The notes under the pieces: model-generated
The model's input: only the letters and a program-made list of their open reading frames with translations
Told to the model about the DNA's origin: nothing
The model's database searches: none
Origin: Calcarisporiella thermophila CBS 279.70
Lineage: Eukaryota > Fungi > Calcarisporiellomycota
Reading direction: 5' to 3'
DNA: 64,000 nucleotides
Assembly: GCF_041956535.1 (NCBI RefSeq)
Contig: NW_027192202.1
Coordinates: 33,194 to 97,193, forward strand
Position numbers and translations under genes: made by a program
In this document: positions 1-14,743 of the stretch, one piece after another
Layout: every line of letters starts with the position of its first letter
How positions within the stretch are numbered: the first letter of the stretch is position 1

Positions 1-21
1 TCACAAACTAAGAGTAAGTGC

Positions 22-99
22 TGGTGGGGGAAGTGGGATTCGAACCCACGCCGTTCTCGTCGGCATACCAGGGATAGTCCACTACACTAACCCTCCCCC
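22..99 (-). ncRNA. tRNA-like element (tRNA-Leu-like T and variable arms, encoded CCA, no proper anticodon arm); pseudo-tRNA or Pol III ncRNA
   Basis: Minus strand reads GGGGGAG GGT TAGT GTAGTGG ACTA TCCCTGGTAT GCCG ACGAGAA CGGC GTGGG TTCGAAT CCCAC TTCCCCC A CCA: 7-bp acceptor stem, A-box TAGTGTAGTGG, B-box GGTTCGAATCC, 5-bp T stem, discriminator A, CCA. Confidence 0.6.
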
Positions 100-184
100 T
101 TATTAGTAAAAAAAAACTCAATATTTCGAATCTCAGAATTCTATAATATATACTTTTCCAAAACCGACATCCTAACCTAATTAA

Positions 185-295
185 GCTCCCGTAGCTCAGT
201 TGGTTAGAGCGTGATGCTTATGGGAGTTCGGATTGGTGGGAAAACACCTATTTGGAGTCACATCAAAGTCGCGGGTTCGACTCCCGCCGGGAGCA
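185..295 (+). tRNA. tRNA-Ile(UAU) with 37-nt intron (223-259)
   Basis: Acceptor GCTCCCG/CGGGAGC, D stem GCTC/GAGC, anticodon stem TGATG/CATCA, anticodon TAT at 219-221, T arm GCGGG-TTCGACT-CCCGC, C32:G257 anticodon-intron pair, followed by T-run terminator. Confidence 0.93.
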
Positions 296-512
296 TTTTT
301 AGTTTTTTTTATTCGGAACATTTTCGCTAGATTTGAAGAGTTGTATATCATTTGTTTATTATTAAAAAAGGCAGATATATCCAATAATGCAATGTAAACT
401 ATCAAATCATTGAAATACTAAACATTATAATAGCTTATTACTTTTAATAGCGCAACTATGTTCTCATTATGTATGCATTCAAAAGATTAATATGCAAATA
501 TACGTCTAATCA

Positions 513-1417
513 TTACTTTTCTTCTTCTTCGAGTAGCTGAGTCAGAGTGCCACTATCGCCTCCACTGTTTTGTGTCCGGTCCACATTGCCCTAATCAATA
601 ATAAAGGGCAAGAGTAAATCTCTATCTACCTGAGACTTGATTTTTTTTCAGATAATTTACCACCCCGATTTGTTGATCGCCGCTCACCCTGTTACTCCCA
701 CCGATAGCAATACCCCGTTTGTTTTTAGGCTCTTTTAACTCAGCTATATTCTGGTTCATACTGCCGCTAGCAATGCCGTGATTTTCAGTCTTGGAGATTT
801 CATTCTGTAGTGCAAATTAGATTCGATTAGTGAACACCTTCACTATTGCTTAGTTTCTATTTAAACTTACCGTGCCAATTTGCTCATTGCCACCAACAAG
901 ATTATCGCCATTGAAGTTGATGCTGCGCTTTTTCTCTTCCACTGTGTTCAGGTTTTGGTTCAAGCTTCCACTGCCTGTACCAGAGTTATTTGACTGGGCT
1001 ATTTCGTTCTATTTGGTCAAAAATGATTTTTAGTATTCAAGTCTGTTTCTTTGAAGTGGCCCGCATGCTTGACTTACGGAGGCAATTTGCTGGTCCCCAC
1101 CAATCTTATTATCCCCATAGATACTAATACCGCGCTTGAAATTGAGACCTTTGTCACGCATATCTTGATTTAGACTGGTTCCAGTTCCACTGTTAGAGAG
1201 ATTATTCTAAAAAATAAACAATTCGTTGTTAATCCAACGCTTCCTTCTGGCTTGAAAACACTCTTATCCTTTTTTTACTTACAGAGCCGATCTGCGTGTT
1301 TCCAGCAATGTTGTTGGGACCCGCGATTTGAATACCGCGTTCAATTACTACCGGCGCCGGCAGGGCAGAAACACAGACAGCAGCAATGGAGATTCCAATA
1401 AAAGAGGTGAATTTCAT
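513..1417 (-). CDS. Secreted Kex2-processed repeat protein precursor, 207 aa, 5 exons (1417-1283, 1206-1078, 1008-871, 804-661, 590-513)
   Basis: Signal peptide MKFTSFIGISIAAVCVSA. All four introns are GT..AG and phase 0; exons are 45, 43, 46, 48 and 26 codons. Four ~45-aa repeats are separated by ER/KR/KR/KR. Confidence 0.9.
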
Positions 1418-1514
1418 GATGTATATGTGTTAATATTGAATGAATGTGCTGGGGAGAAAATCCTTAATGAAAGTTGATGTTGAATTAAAGGGATTCAGGT
1501 CAACTTTGAACGCC

Positions 1515-1522
1515 TTTATATA
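1515..1522 (-). promoter_or_regulatory. TATA box (TATATAAA) of the repeat-precursor gene
   Basis: TATATAAA on the minus strand ~100 bp upstream of ATG 1417. Confidence 0.55.
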
Positions 1523-2568
1523 TCTTTGCCTGATATCTTCCAGGTCAAGGCGAAGAGTTGGTTTTATCCAATAGCTTCAAGAAACTCCAAGACATATTAT
1601 GTTCTAGTGTTCCCCAAATTAAAGTCATATTTGTCGAAATCCCTCATGGTTTTCAATTTATTATCCGAGATCTACAATGATTGCCTAAAGATGGCAAAAA
1701 TCGGAGGGGATATCACATGTGTGTATAAGCCACCTTGTTGGGACAAAGAGAGATTCGTTGCACTGGTAAAACTTAGCATGTGCCGTGGTGAAAAGGCAAG
1801 GCAGAAACGCGGCTAATCTTTACAAAAATAGAGGATCATGAAGGGAGTGTCCTTTATAGCATATTTAGAGCTGTTAGATCCTCCTATAGAAAAAAAACAA
1901 CCCGAGCTATGAAACTGGCAGGGCTCAGTTAATTTTAATGGCAACCGAATACAGCCGAGGGCTTTCTAAAACTGGCACACACAATCAGTAGAATCTGGAT
2001 GGTGCTTGATTCATTTATTCTGACTTGCTTCGAGTAAAAAGATTTCGCGATTTGAGGACGTACTAAGGATGCTATTAAAGTCCCTGAGTACAATGGTTTT
2101 AGTTTTTCATTATTTTTCTTCAGGTTCTTGACCTGAATGAGAAGATAACAATTGAGGTATAAACATCATTAGACGTTATTGAATACGAGCTTTGCCATGG
2201 GAAAAAGTGCATTTCATATGATTTGGTTTCTCTGACTGATATCAGCGTGCAGTTCCTTAAAATATTCTTCAACAGGAGTGCACTACCAATGATACTAGTT
2301 TTTGGAAAAACCAAAGAAATCATAACTCTCTTTTCCGTAGCAATTTTAATATGATATTATTAATGTAGAGCTTTGTTGAATTAGTATAAGTCTCTTCAAC
2401 TCTTTGTGAATGACTAGTCAATAATGCCTACTTCAAAGGTTTAGACGCGATGGTATTGTTAAATAAGCAAACCAAATAGTTATGGTATTTGGGGTCTGTT
2501 GAATTGAGAGTAATACAGTAAAACACAAAATTATTAAAGTTTGTATATATATCTAGGTGTCTATTGCT

Positions 2569-3075
2569 CTATGAATGTGCCTGCTCAGCACTCATTGTAT
2601 TTTCCCTAGCCTCGACTTTTGCCTCCCCATCACTCCATATCCGCTTGGTTTCTTGCTTTAATTCCCATAGTTGTCCCACTTGCTCATCGGATAGTTTCTC
2701 TATGACCTCTGGATCTATCTTACTGCCCAAAAATGAGCCCTCTCTCACCTGTGCCTCAAGCATCTGGGCGTACTCTAGCCAATGTGAGAGAAAACTATAG
2801 ATATGAAGTGGATTGGTTACATCGCGATGTCGCCTAAATTCGTCCTTGACATATCCATCCCCCATGTAACGGAACTCGGGTGGTAGTTGTCGATGTAGCC
2901 GTAAAATTCGGCGGTAGAGAGTAAGTGGGGCTAGCTCGGGTGGATTTTGACCGTCTTCATTGGGTAAATTTGGCGAAGATAGTAGAGAAGTGGTTGAAAA
3001 ACTAGACCTCAACCAATTCAAGGTCCTCGGTGCAAGTTGCCAAACAGTAGATCTTGTAGCGATTAATGTTTGCAT
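2569..3075 (-). CDS. SDHAF3: Succinate dehydrogenase assembly factor 3 (ACN9/Sdh7, LYR-motif protein)
   Basis: LYRRILRLHRQLPPEFRYMGDGYVKDEFRRHR and EQVGQLWELK; N-terminal mitochondrial-type presequence from ATG 3075. Confidence 0.88.
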   Translation of the reverse strand: MQTLIATRSTVWQLAPRTLNWLRSSFSTTSLLSSPNLPNEDGQNPPELAPLTLYRRILRLHRQLPPEFRYMGDGYVKDEFRRHRDVTNPLHIYSFLSHWLEYAQMLEAQVREGSFLGSKIDPEVIEKLSDEQVGQLWELKQETKRIWSDGEAKVEARENTMSAEQAHS

Positions 3076-3236
3076 AGTATGTTCAATTAGCTGAATCCGA
3101 TCCAAAGACCTTTAAACACACCTATTATCACTGAAATTAATCTGAAGTTTTGGCGCAGTTATTCAATTTCGCTTGAGAGTCACGATCGCGTATTTTTTTT
3201 ATCTTTGCGGACCACCATTAAACCCATTATTGGATT
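3076..3236. promoter_or_regulatory. 161-bp bidirectional promoter between SDHAF3 and DHFR with E2F-like and MCB-like sites
   Basis: Head-to-head ATGs; TTTGGCGC at 3149-3156; ACGCGA on minus at 3186-3191. Confidence 0.5.
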
Positions 3237-3956
3237 ATGTCTCCAACCTCCCTTCGCAATGGTTTCGCTCTTATAGCCGCTGCAACCGAAGAGCTAGGCA
3301 TTGGACTAAATAATGACCTACCCTGGCGGTTACCTCGAGAAGTCGCTTATTTCGAGCGGGTCACATCAAAGATCCCAGCGTCATTTCTTAAATCTACACC
3401 TGGACAAGAAGAAAATGCAAATGTCAAAAACGCGGTGATTATGGGGCGAAGAACATGGGAATCCATTCCGAAACGATTACGGCCCCTGAAAAATAGATTC
3501 AACATTGTGATATCTCGCGATTCAAGCTATGCAAAGTAAGTTCATTATTATACTGAGACTCTATTTGTAAGCTGCAACCTCCTCCCCTTATTTTGCTGAC
3601 AAAAATAATGTCTTCATAGAAACGAAATGCCTAATCCGGACATTTGTCATGTCACTTCACTCGAACAAGCCCTTTCTGTTATCGACGAAACTCGCCATCC
3701 TCGTACATTTATTGTTGGAGGCAGTCAGATCTACGACATAGCTATGCGCTTACCCCTCTGCCACCACATTCTTCTTACACGCATCTACGCAAAAATTCAG
3801 TGCGATACCTTCTTCCCGGTGGTGGATGAGGCCAAATATAAGCTTGCTTCGCATGAAGAGCTGGAGCAGTTTGTAGAGGATAGTGTACCTCGCGGTAGAG
3901 TGGAAGAGAAGGGGATTGAATATGAGTTCACTATGTACACAAGGGTCGCAGAATAA
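3237..3956 (+). CDS. DFR1: Dihydrofolate reductase, 2 exons (3237-3535, 3620-3956)
   Basis: GIGLNNDLPWRLPRE, AVIMGRRTWESIP, RPLKNRFNIVISR, FIVGGSQIY, CDTFFP. Confidence 0.96.
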
Positions 3957-4367
3957 AGTAGTCTCGCTTATTGTTTATATTGAGGTTACTGCCAGTGTTT
4001 TATCTTTAGATATTTAGAAGTTTACAAACTCGACCATATTTGAGAACTCTATCCATCGAGGATACTTGGACCTATGGCGAGCTCAGAATCGTGGCTTCTT
4101 GCACTCACAGTAAAAATGCTCTGCCCGACGCTAAACTTTTGGCGTATCCATCGGTATTTCGGCTATTTGAAATGTAAAACGCATTTGCTAAATGCATGTG
4201 AGATACGATTTACTCTCTATATAAGTGAATAATAATGGTATATTCTTTGATGGGTGGACAAAATTATAATACATACATGTATAAAGTGTACACATATTAG
4301 AGGAAATACAAATAAACAACATAGGTAGGCAAGGCCCTCTATAACCATAGTATATAGGAATAAATAC

Positions 4368-8670
<4,303 letters not shown>

Positions 8671-9090
8671 CTTGCAGAATTACAATGGAAAAGAATGGAC
8701 CTGCCACTTCCCCTCAAGTCATTTTCAAATTTCCCTAATTTTTTTTGCCACCGGTCACATTATAAGTCAGCTGGTTGCATTAAATTCGATCGACTTAGCC
8801 GGGACTGAGGAAATTCACTCCGCTCCTCCGTTAATCTTTTTCTTTGCCTGTCCGCTGATGCCGATTACCGCAATTAAGGACGGGTTTAGGTCACTATTTC
8901 TAGGAGACCACGTTCAAGATGAATCTGATATTTGGCAGAGGAATAATCAAGAAGAGAATATGTATAATGGGATTTTGTTTATATTAAATACATATCGACT
9001 GCTCCCCCTCCCAAAAAAAAATATACCAATAAGAGCATGCTACAATAGAATGAAGTTGCATTGATTCAGCGTTTTATTTTTCTTTCGCTA

Positions 9091-10446
9091 TCAGAGATTG
9101 CGGATAATCTCGTTAGTGAAATCTGTATTGGAAGCCTTGCCGCCCAAGTCCCCAGTCAGTACCCGCTTTTCAGCAATGGTCTTGAGCACCGCGTTTTCTA
9201 TGCGTTCGGCATGATGGTTGAGCCTCATGTGTCTAAGCATCATGATCGCCGACAAGAGCAGTGCAGTTGGGTTGGCCTTGTCCATGCCAGCAATGTCAGG
9301 GGCGGTTCCGTGGACCGCCTCGAAAATCGAAGCATCCTGTCCAATGTTGCCCGATGGAGTGAGGCCCAGCCCCCCGATCAATCCCGCACACATGTCAGAC
9401 AAGATGTCACCATAGAGGTTAGGCATCACCATGACAGTGTCCTTGTAGAGGGATGGATCTTGCGAGATGTGAAGGCATGCGCGATCCAGAAGCACCTCGT
9501 CAAATTTGATCGCCGGGAAATCGCGAGAAACGCGTTCGCATGCGTCCAAGAACATTCCGTCCGACATGCGCATGATATTTGCTTTATGGACGGCCGTCAC
9601 CCGCTCCCTCCCGATCTCTCTGGCGTAAGTGAAGGCGTAACGCGCTACACGCTCCGAAGCCTCTTGGGTGATCAGCTTAATTGACTGGACCACGCCATTG
9701 ACGACCTCGTGCTCGATCCCAGAATACTCGCCCTCCGTATTCTCTCGGATGAGTACTGTGTCGACGTTATCGTATAATGTCTTGAAGCCGACGATGGACT
9801 TGCATGGACGGACGTTGGCATAGAGATTGAACGTGCGGCGCAAAGTGAGGTTAAGGGAAACGTGCCCTTTACCAATGGGTGTTGCAAGCGGGCCTTTTAG
9901 GGCAACGGTGTTCTTTCGAACAGACTCAATCGCCTGCTCGGGTATAGTCGTTTTGCCATCAATAATAACCGGCGTGACGTCCACTGGCTCCCAGTCAATT
10001 GGCACCTGATAAAATGACAATCGAAATTACTTTCAAATTTACGAAATAAAAATACATCGGGTAACCTACATCGGCACTCTTGAAAATTTTGACAACTGAT
10101 TTCGAAATCTCTGGACCAATACCATCTCCGCTAATAAGTGTAACCGCATAGTTTCCCTAAAAGAAAAATAGTCATGTTCATCGCGTTCACACCGATTATA
10201 TATAGGTTAATACGTACATTGTCATTTTTTTGTCCCTTGAATGCCTCCGTCAGATCCTCGTTGTGTGAAGGGAATGCATCAGTAGCGGAAACAAATGCTC
10301 GGAATTGGTTCTAATCAATTTTGCAAGGCGCAATAAAGTCAGAGGACACTTCGAGCATATTGAGCTATTCAATATAGCCGAGGTTCACTTATGTTTACCC
10401 GAGGTCTCAAAGAGCGGAATGCAGCCGACGATCTAGCAAGAAACAT
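9091..10446 (-). CDS. IDH2: Mitochondrial NAD-dependent isocitrate dehydrogenase, catalytic subunit, 4 exons
   Basis: [66 protein letters not shown]. Confidence 0.93.
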
Positions 10447-12086
10447 GTTTGCAAATGCAAGAATCCCTTTAGAAGGTAGGGGGAGTAGACTTACGATTCA
10501 TTAACGTCATGAATGGTGGCTTATTAGATGCGATTGAATCCAAGCTTGCTACGGCATTCAGACTGAAGGGTTCTCATCCCCTCCAGACTGCAAAACCAGA
10601 CATACAGAGATGATATTATATCTCCATACAGAGAAACCAAGCAACCTGTGCAACAGCGCCTTAGCACGAGGCCCGAATGAAGGTGGCAGCATCGTCGCCA
10701 TCTATACGCAAGGGTGCTTGATATAGGATAATTGAAGTCTTGGCTCGACTTCACCGCGTCTGCGAGATTTCTGGTGCACCCATCCGTATTTTGATCCCCC
10801 TCGCCAAGAGCGTTGAGCAAACTGGGCCATATCCCATTGGACAAAGACGCCTTCTTCCTTGTGCCCATAATAGGCCCTTCTTTGGCATCGCTTGATCTAG
10901 GTTTCAGATCCATTTGCACTAAGCCTCGAACAATAGAGTTCAATCTGGATTGAGAGCGTAAATGATCCCATGATGCCTTAATCAATTCCGAACCTATTAC
11001 CCAACATGGTTGCCAACAATATGGTTAGATGGGGTGCGACTGGCACAATAGATAGGAGCTCACGTGCCTCGACCATTTCAGGATATCGAGCTATCTATAC
11101 CGAGTAAATATTCTCGCGAAACTCTTCATCTCCATGCACCAGCCGTCTGAAAAATCTTCCTGATAACCTGCATTCAACCCCACCATGGCTGCCATCTCCC
11201 CGCCATGTTGAAGGTTGAGAGTAGGCGCAAGGGCACGATCACAGAATTCCATATTGTAACTGCTTCGACATCGAAGTATTACATAACAACGCTAATCAGG
11301 ATGCTCGCTTGGTCGCGATTTTGGATAGGTTAGCCTTACGTCGCGTTGGCCCTTTGACTTTGCATTCTCTCACTATGCAACTCTCTTTTCGCTATTCTAA
11401 TCTGGTTGCGTAATGGAGCACAAAAAGATGTATATACAGCTGCAATGGTGCGGAGATAATGTTTTGCGTGGCACGGCGCACAAATCCCCCGCATCCACAG
11501 GCATTCAGAGCAGAGAGCCCTTGGGCAGACCTTGTCGGGAAATCCTTGCCCCCACCCCACCCCCCCCCATTAGAGACCTCCTCCTATAAGCCGGTAACGA
11601 AAGTTTAAACAATACCCCGTTATCAGCCCATCACTTTAAACTCCTAGGCTGGAGATAAGATACTATCGTGCGGTGTGGGAAGCAATATCTTCAATAGTCG
11701 GGGGAATCAGATGCAGGATCCCCCTCGCCGTGACGACTTCCCTTGGTCCTCTTGTTCCCTATGGAGGATAGCAGCTCTCAGCTGTCACGCGAAACTGCTC
11801 GGCCTCGTTGAAGGGGAGTGCGAATTGCACTCCCATGAGAATAGAGTTTTACGCTAGCTGGGCATTCAAGGTGGGAATAGGCGACGGCTGGAGTGAGAAG
11901 AGTACAGGTCTTGATAAGTTTCTGTATCCCGTGGTTAAGAAGATTTTTAAGGTTGTGGAGATGGTTCCATTTGTACACATGCCAGAAATTGGCCTGCGAA
12001 TTTAATATATAAACTTGGTGATTCACGCCCCCCCCCCCCTTTTTTTCCCCACCATCCTTCCAGTTCAAATCAAAACACGGGAGAGA

Positions 12087-14158
12087 ATGAAAGATAGGGA
12101 TGTGAAGGTGCCGAGCAACTTGGATGCTGGACAAAAGGTGGAAATCGATGAACAACAAAAGTTCGAACTGTTTGAGCTAGAAGCAGTCGAGAAACAGAAC
12201 GTGTTCGATGAGGTCAAACTGAAGCGCATTCTGCGCAAGGTGGATGTGCGCATCATTCCGGTAAGTGACCCTATTCTGAGGCCATTGGTTCCAGGGCTGG
12301 ATGCCAGCTCAAATCGTTGAACAATATGTTCGCTGTGATAACTGCGATCTTGCATGAGCATCTGCATTAATTTTTTATGGCATTGTTTATGGTAGACTAT
12401 GATGGTTCTGTATTTCCTGGCCTATCTTGATCGCTCCAATATTGGAAATGCTCGACTAGCCAACTATGAGGCCGACTTGAACCTGAATGAAGACCACTTT
12501 TATTGGTCGTTGCAGGTGTTCTATTTTGGATGTGAGTTGCTTGATTTATCCCTTCTGCTTTTCTCAGCAAGACATCATCGCCTCGCTTTATTTAACTCTG
12601 CTTCTTGGATTGCTCGGATAGATTCTCTTTGCGAAATACCCGCCAACTACATGTTGAAGAAGCTCCGACCAAGCAGATGGATCGGCTTGATCATGCTTTT
12701 GTGGGGAATCACCTCGACTTGCCTTGCTGCCTGTTGGAATTTCGGTAGTCTCTTTTCCGCGCGATTGTAAGTCCTGTTAATTCTGGACGGCTCTATAGCC
12801 ATATTCCGGTAACTGGAAACTGCATCCAATCGATTAGGCTCCTTGGGATATTCGAAGCGGGTCTATTCCCAGGAATAGTGTTCTGTAAGTATAAGCAATC
12901 CAATATTGGTATATATATAAAAAAACAACTCCCTTAATAAATGCATTTTTAATCAGACCTTAGCTTTTGGTATTCGAAAAAAGAAATGGCCTTTCGCATG
13001 GCCCTCTTCTATTCTGGCATGTCCATGTCCGGTCTCCTGGGCGGTCTTATTGCCTTTGGGGTAATGAGAATCGAGGGCCATTTACGAGCTTGGCAGTATC
13101 TCTATATCATTGAAGGTGTTCCCACCATCCTCGTCGGGGCACTCACCTTTTTCCTCCTCCCAGATTATCCTGAGACCGCCAAGTTTCTCACTGAAGAGGA
13201 GCGCAACTTTCTTGTGGCCCGACTGCGACATGAGAATAATTCAGACACTGGAACCGAGGTGCAGCATGATCATCGCAAAATGATCCTCGAAGCGTTCAAA
13301 GAGCCTCGCACCTATTTGTTTGCTATTGCTTGCATTGCGTATTCCCTGCCCGGAGTCGCTCTCAATTTGTTTCTCCCAACCATTGTCAAGGCCTTGGGGC
13401 ATAGCGACGTCAAAGCACAGGCCATGGCTGCTGCTCCATATGCTCCGGCAGCGGTTTGCTCTGTTCTTTTTGCCTTCTTTTCGGACAAATTTACACAGCG
13501 TGCCTATTTCCTGATGCTGGTCGCAGGTTTGGCAGTCGTCGGCTTTTTGCTACAACTAGTGCTCGTCTCTCCAGATGCTCAAGTAAGTAGTTTCGGTGGT
13601 TGGTTTCCAAGCGTCCCGCTGAATCACTTTCGCCCCACCAATAGTATGGTGCTATGTTCCTAGTGGCCATTGGCCTATGGTCGATGGCGCCGTTATGTAT
13701 GGCCTGGGTGGCGACCAATTTTGCCCCTGCAATGAAGCGTGGGATTGCAACGTGAGTATCCTTCATCTCACTTATGATAATACTTATCTCTGAATGATGT
13801 ATGACTTTCTATATTACTTTTTTTCGTTCATCCAGAGCATTTATCATCGCGTGTGGCAACCTTGTAAGCTCGTTTGGCTCCCAAATGTATCGCAATGACG
13901 ATAAACCTCGCTTCGGTTAGTATGCATTGGATGGATCTCCCCCCCATTTTCAGAGCTCTCATTCCTTTCCATTGGATAGTGCGTGCCAATTCCATTAATT
14001 TAGCCATATGTGCAGTGCTCTTTATATCTTGTGGCATTTTGCGCTGGCACCTTGCAGCCGAGAACAAGAAGCGCGACAAAATGCTGGCCGAAGGAAAATA
14101 CGACCCCAATCGTACGGCGGATCATGACCGAGATCCAGTGTATCGGTTCACACTATAG
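12087..14158 (+). CDS. MFS transporter, allantoate permease/Dal5-Tna1 (ACS) family, multi-exon
   Basis: ILRKVDVRIIP, LAYLDRSNIGNARL, EIPANYMLKK, LGIFEAGLFPG, AWQYLYIIEG, LPDYPETAKFLTEEER, C-terminal FRFTL-type ending (YRFTL). Confidence 0.9.
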
Positions 14159-14329
14159 AGCAAAGCAAGTAGGGATTCCAAGCTGATTTCGTGCTTTGAG
14201 AAATTAGGCGTTAGGGTCTTAGCAAATACACCATATAATAATTTAGCTTGTTCTATTTTTTTTTTTTTACATATGAATCTATAAACTTCGAGTATATATA
14301 AATAAATACAACATCTATCTATAACGAGG

Positions 14330-14743
14330 CTATGCCAACTCGCCATCATCGATCTTGTGACCCGCTTTAGTGAGAACTTCTCTGGCCTTGGTTACATTTT
14401 CGTTTTTAACGAGAACGTAATCGGTATCGAATGTACTGATAACGAAGAGAGGCACACGCGCATCCCGCAGTGGTTCCACCACCTTGGCAAGAATTCCAAC
14501 TAAAGAGAAATCGAGTTGACCCATCGCGATTTTGAAGCCTCGAAATCCTTGCTCCACCTTGCGATCCTGCGACCCAGGAAGAGATGGGAGGACATCGTCG
14601 AGGATGAGGAGAGAGAGCTCAGAAGGAGTTCGGGTTATGGAGTAGAATGAACATTTCTCGAGGAGTTTTGAATCGAGGGCATAGTTTGCCGGGTAGCGCA
14701 CGACGGTGAACGTTTCGGGAAAAAGGGTCAGTTGAAGTGCCAT
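14330..14743 (-). CDS. Stand-alone ACT-domain protein (COG3603/CASTOR ACT-like), 137 aa, intronless
   Basis: FYSITRTPSELSLL and GQLDFSLVGILAKVVEPLRDARVPLFVISTFDTDYVLVK. Confidence 0.85.
   Translation of the reverse strand: MALQLTLFPETFTVVRYPANYALDSKLLEKCSFYSITRTPSELSLLILDDVLPSLPGSQDRKVEQGFRGFKIAMGQLDFSLVGILAKVVEPLRDARVPLFVISTFDTDYVLVKNENVTKAREVLTKAGHKIDDGELA

Noticed and set aside
22-99. Possible tRNA-Sec or tmRNA
   Set aside because: No UCA anticodon, no 9/4 fold with an anticodon arm, and no tag ORF
196-405. 69-aa minus-strand ORF
   Set aside because: Antisense shadow of the tRNA-Ile gene
9061-9684. 207-aa plus-strand ORF
   Set aside because: Antisense shadow of IDH2
10500-11340. 153-aa ORF and coding-like composition
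   Set aside because: No recognisable motif or consistent splice model; left unannotated
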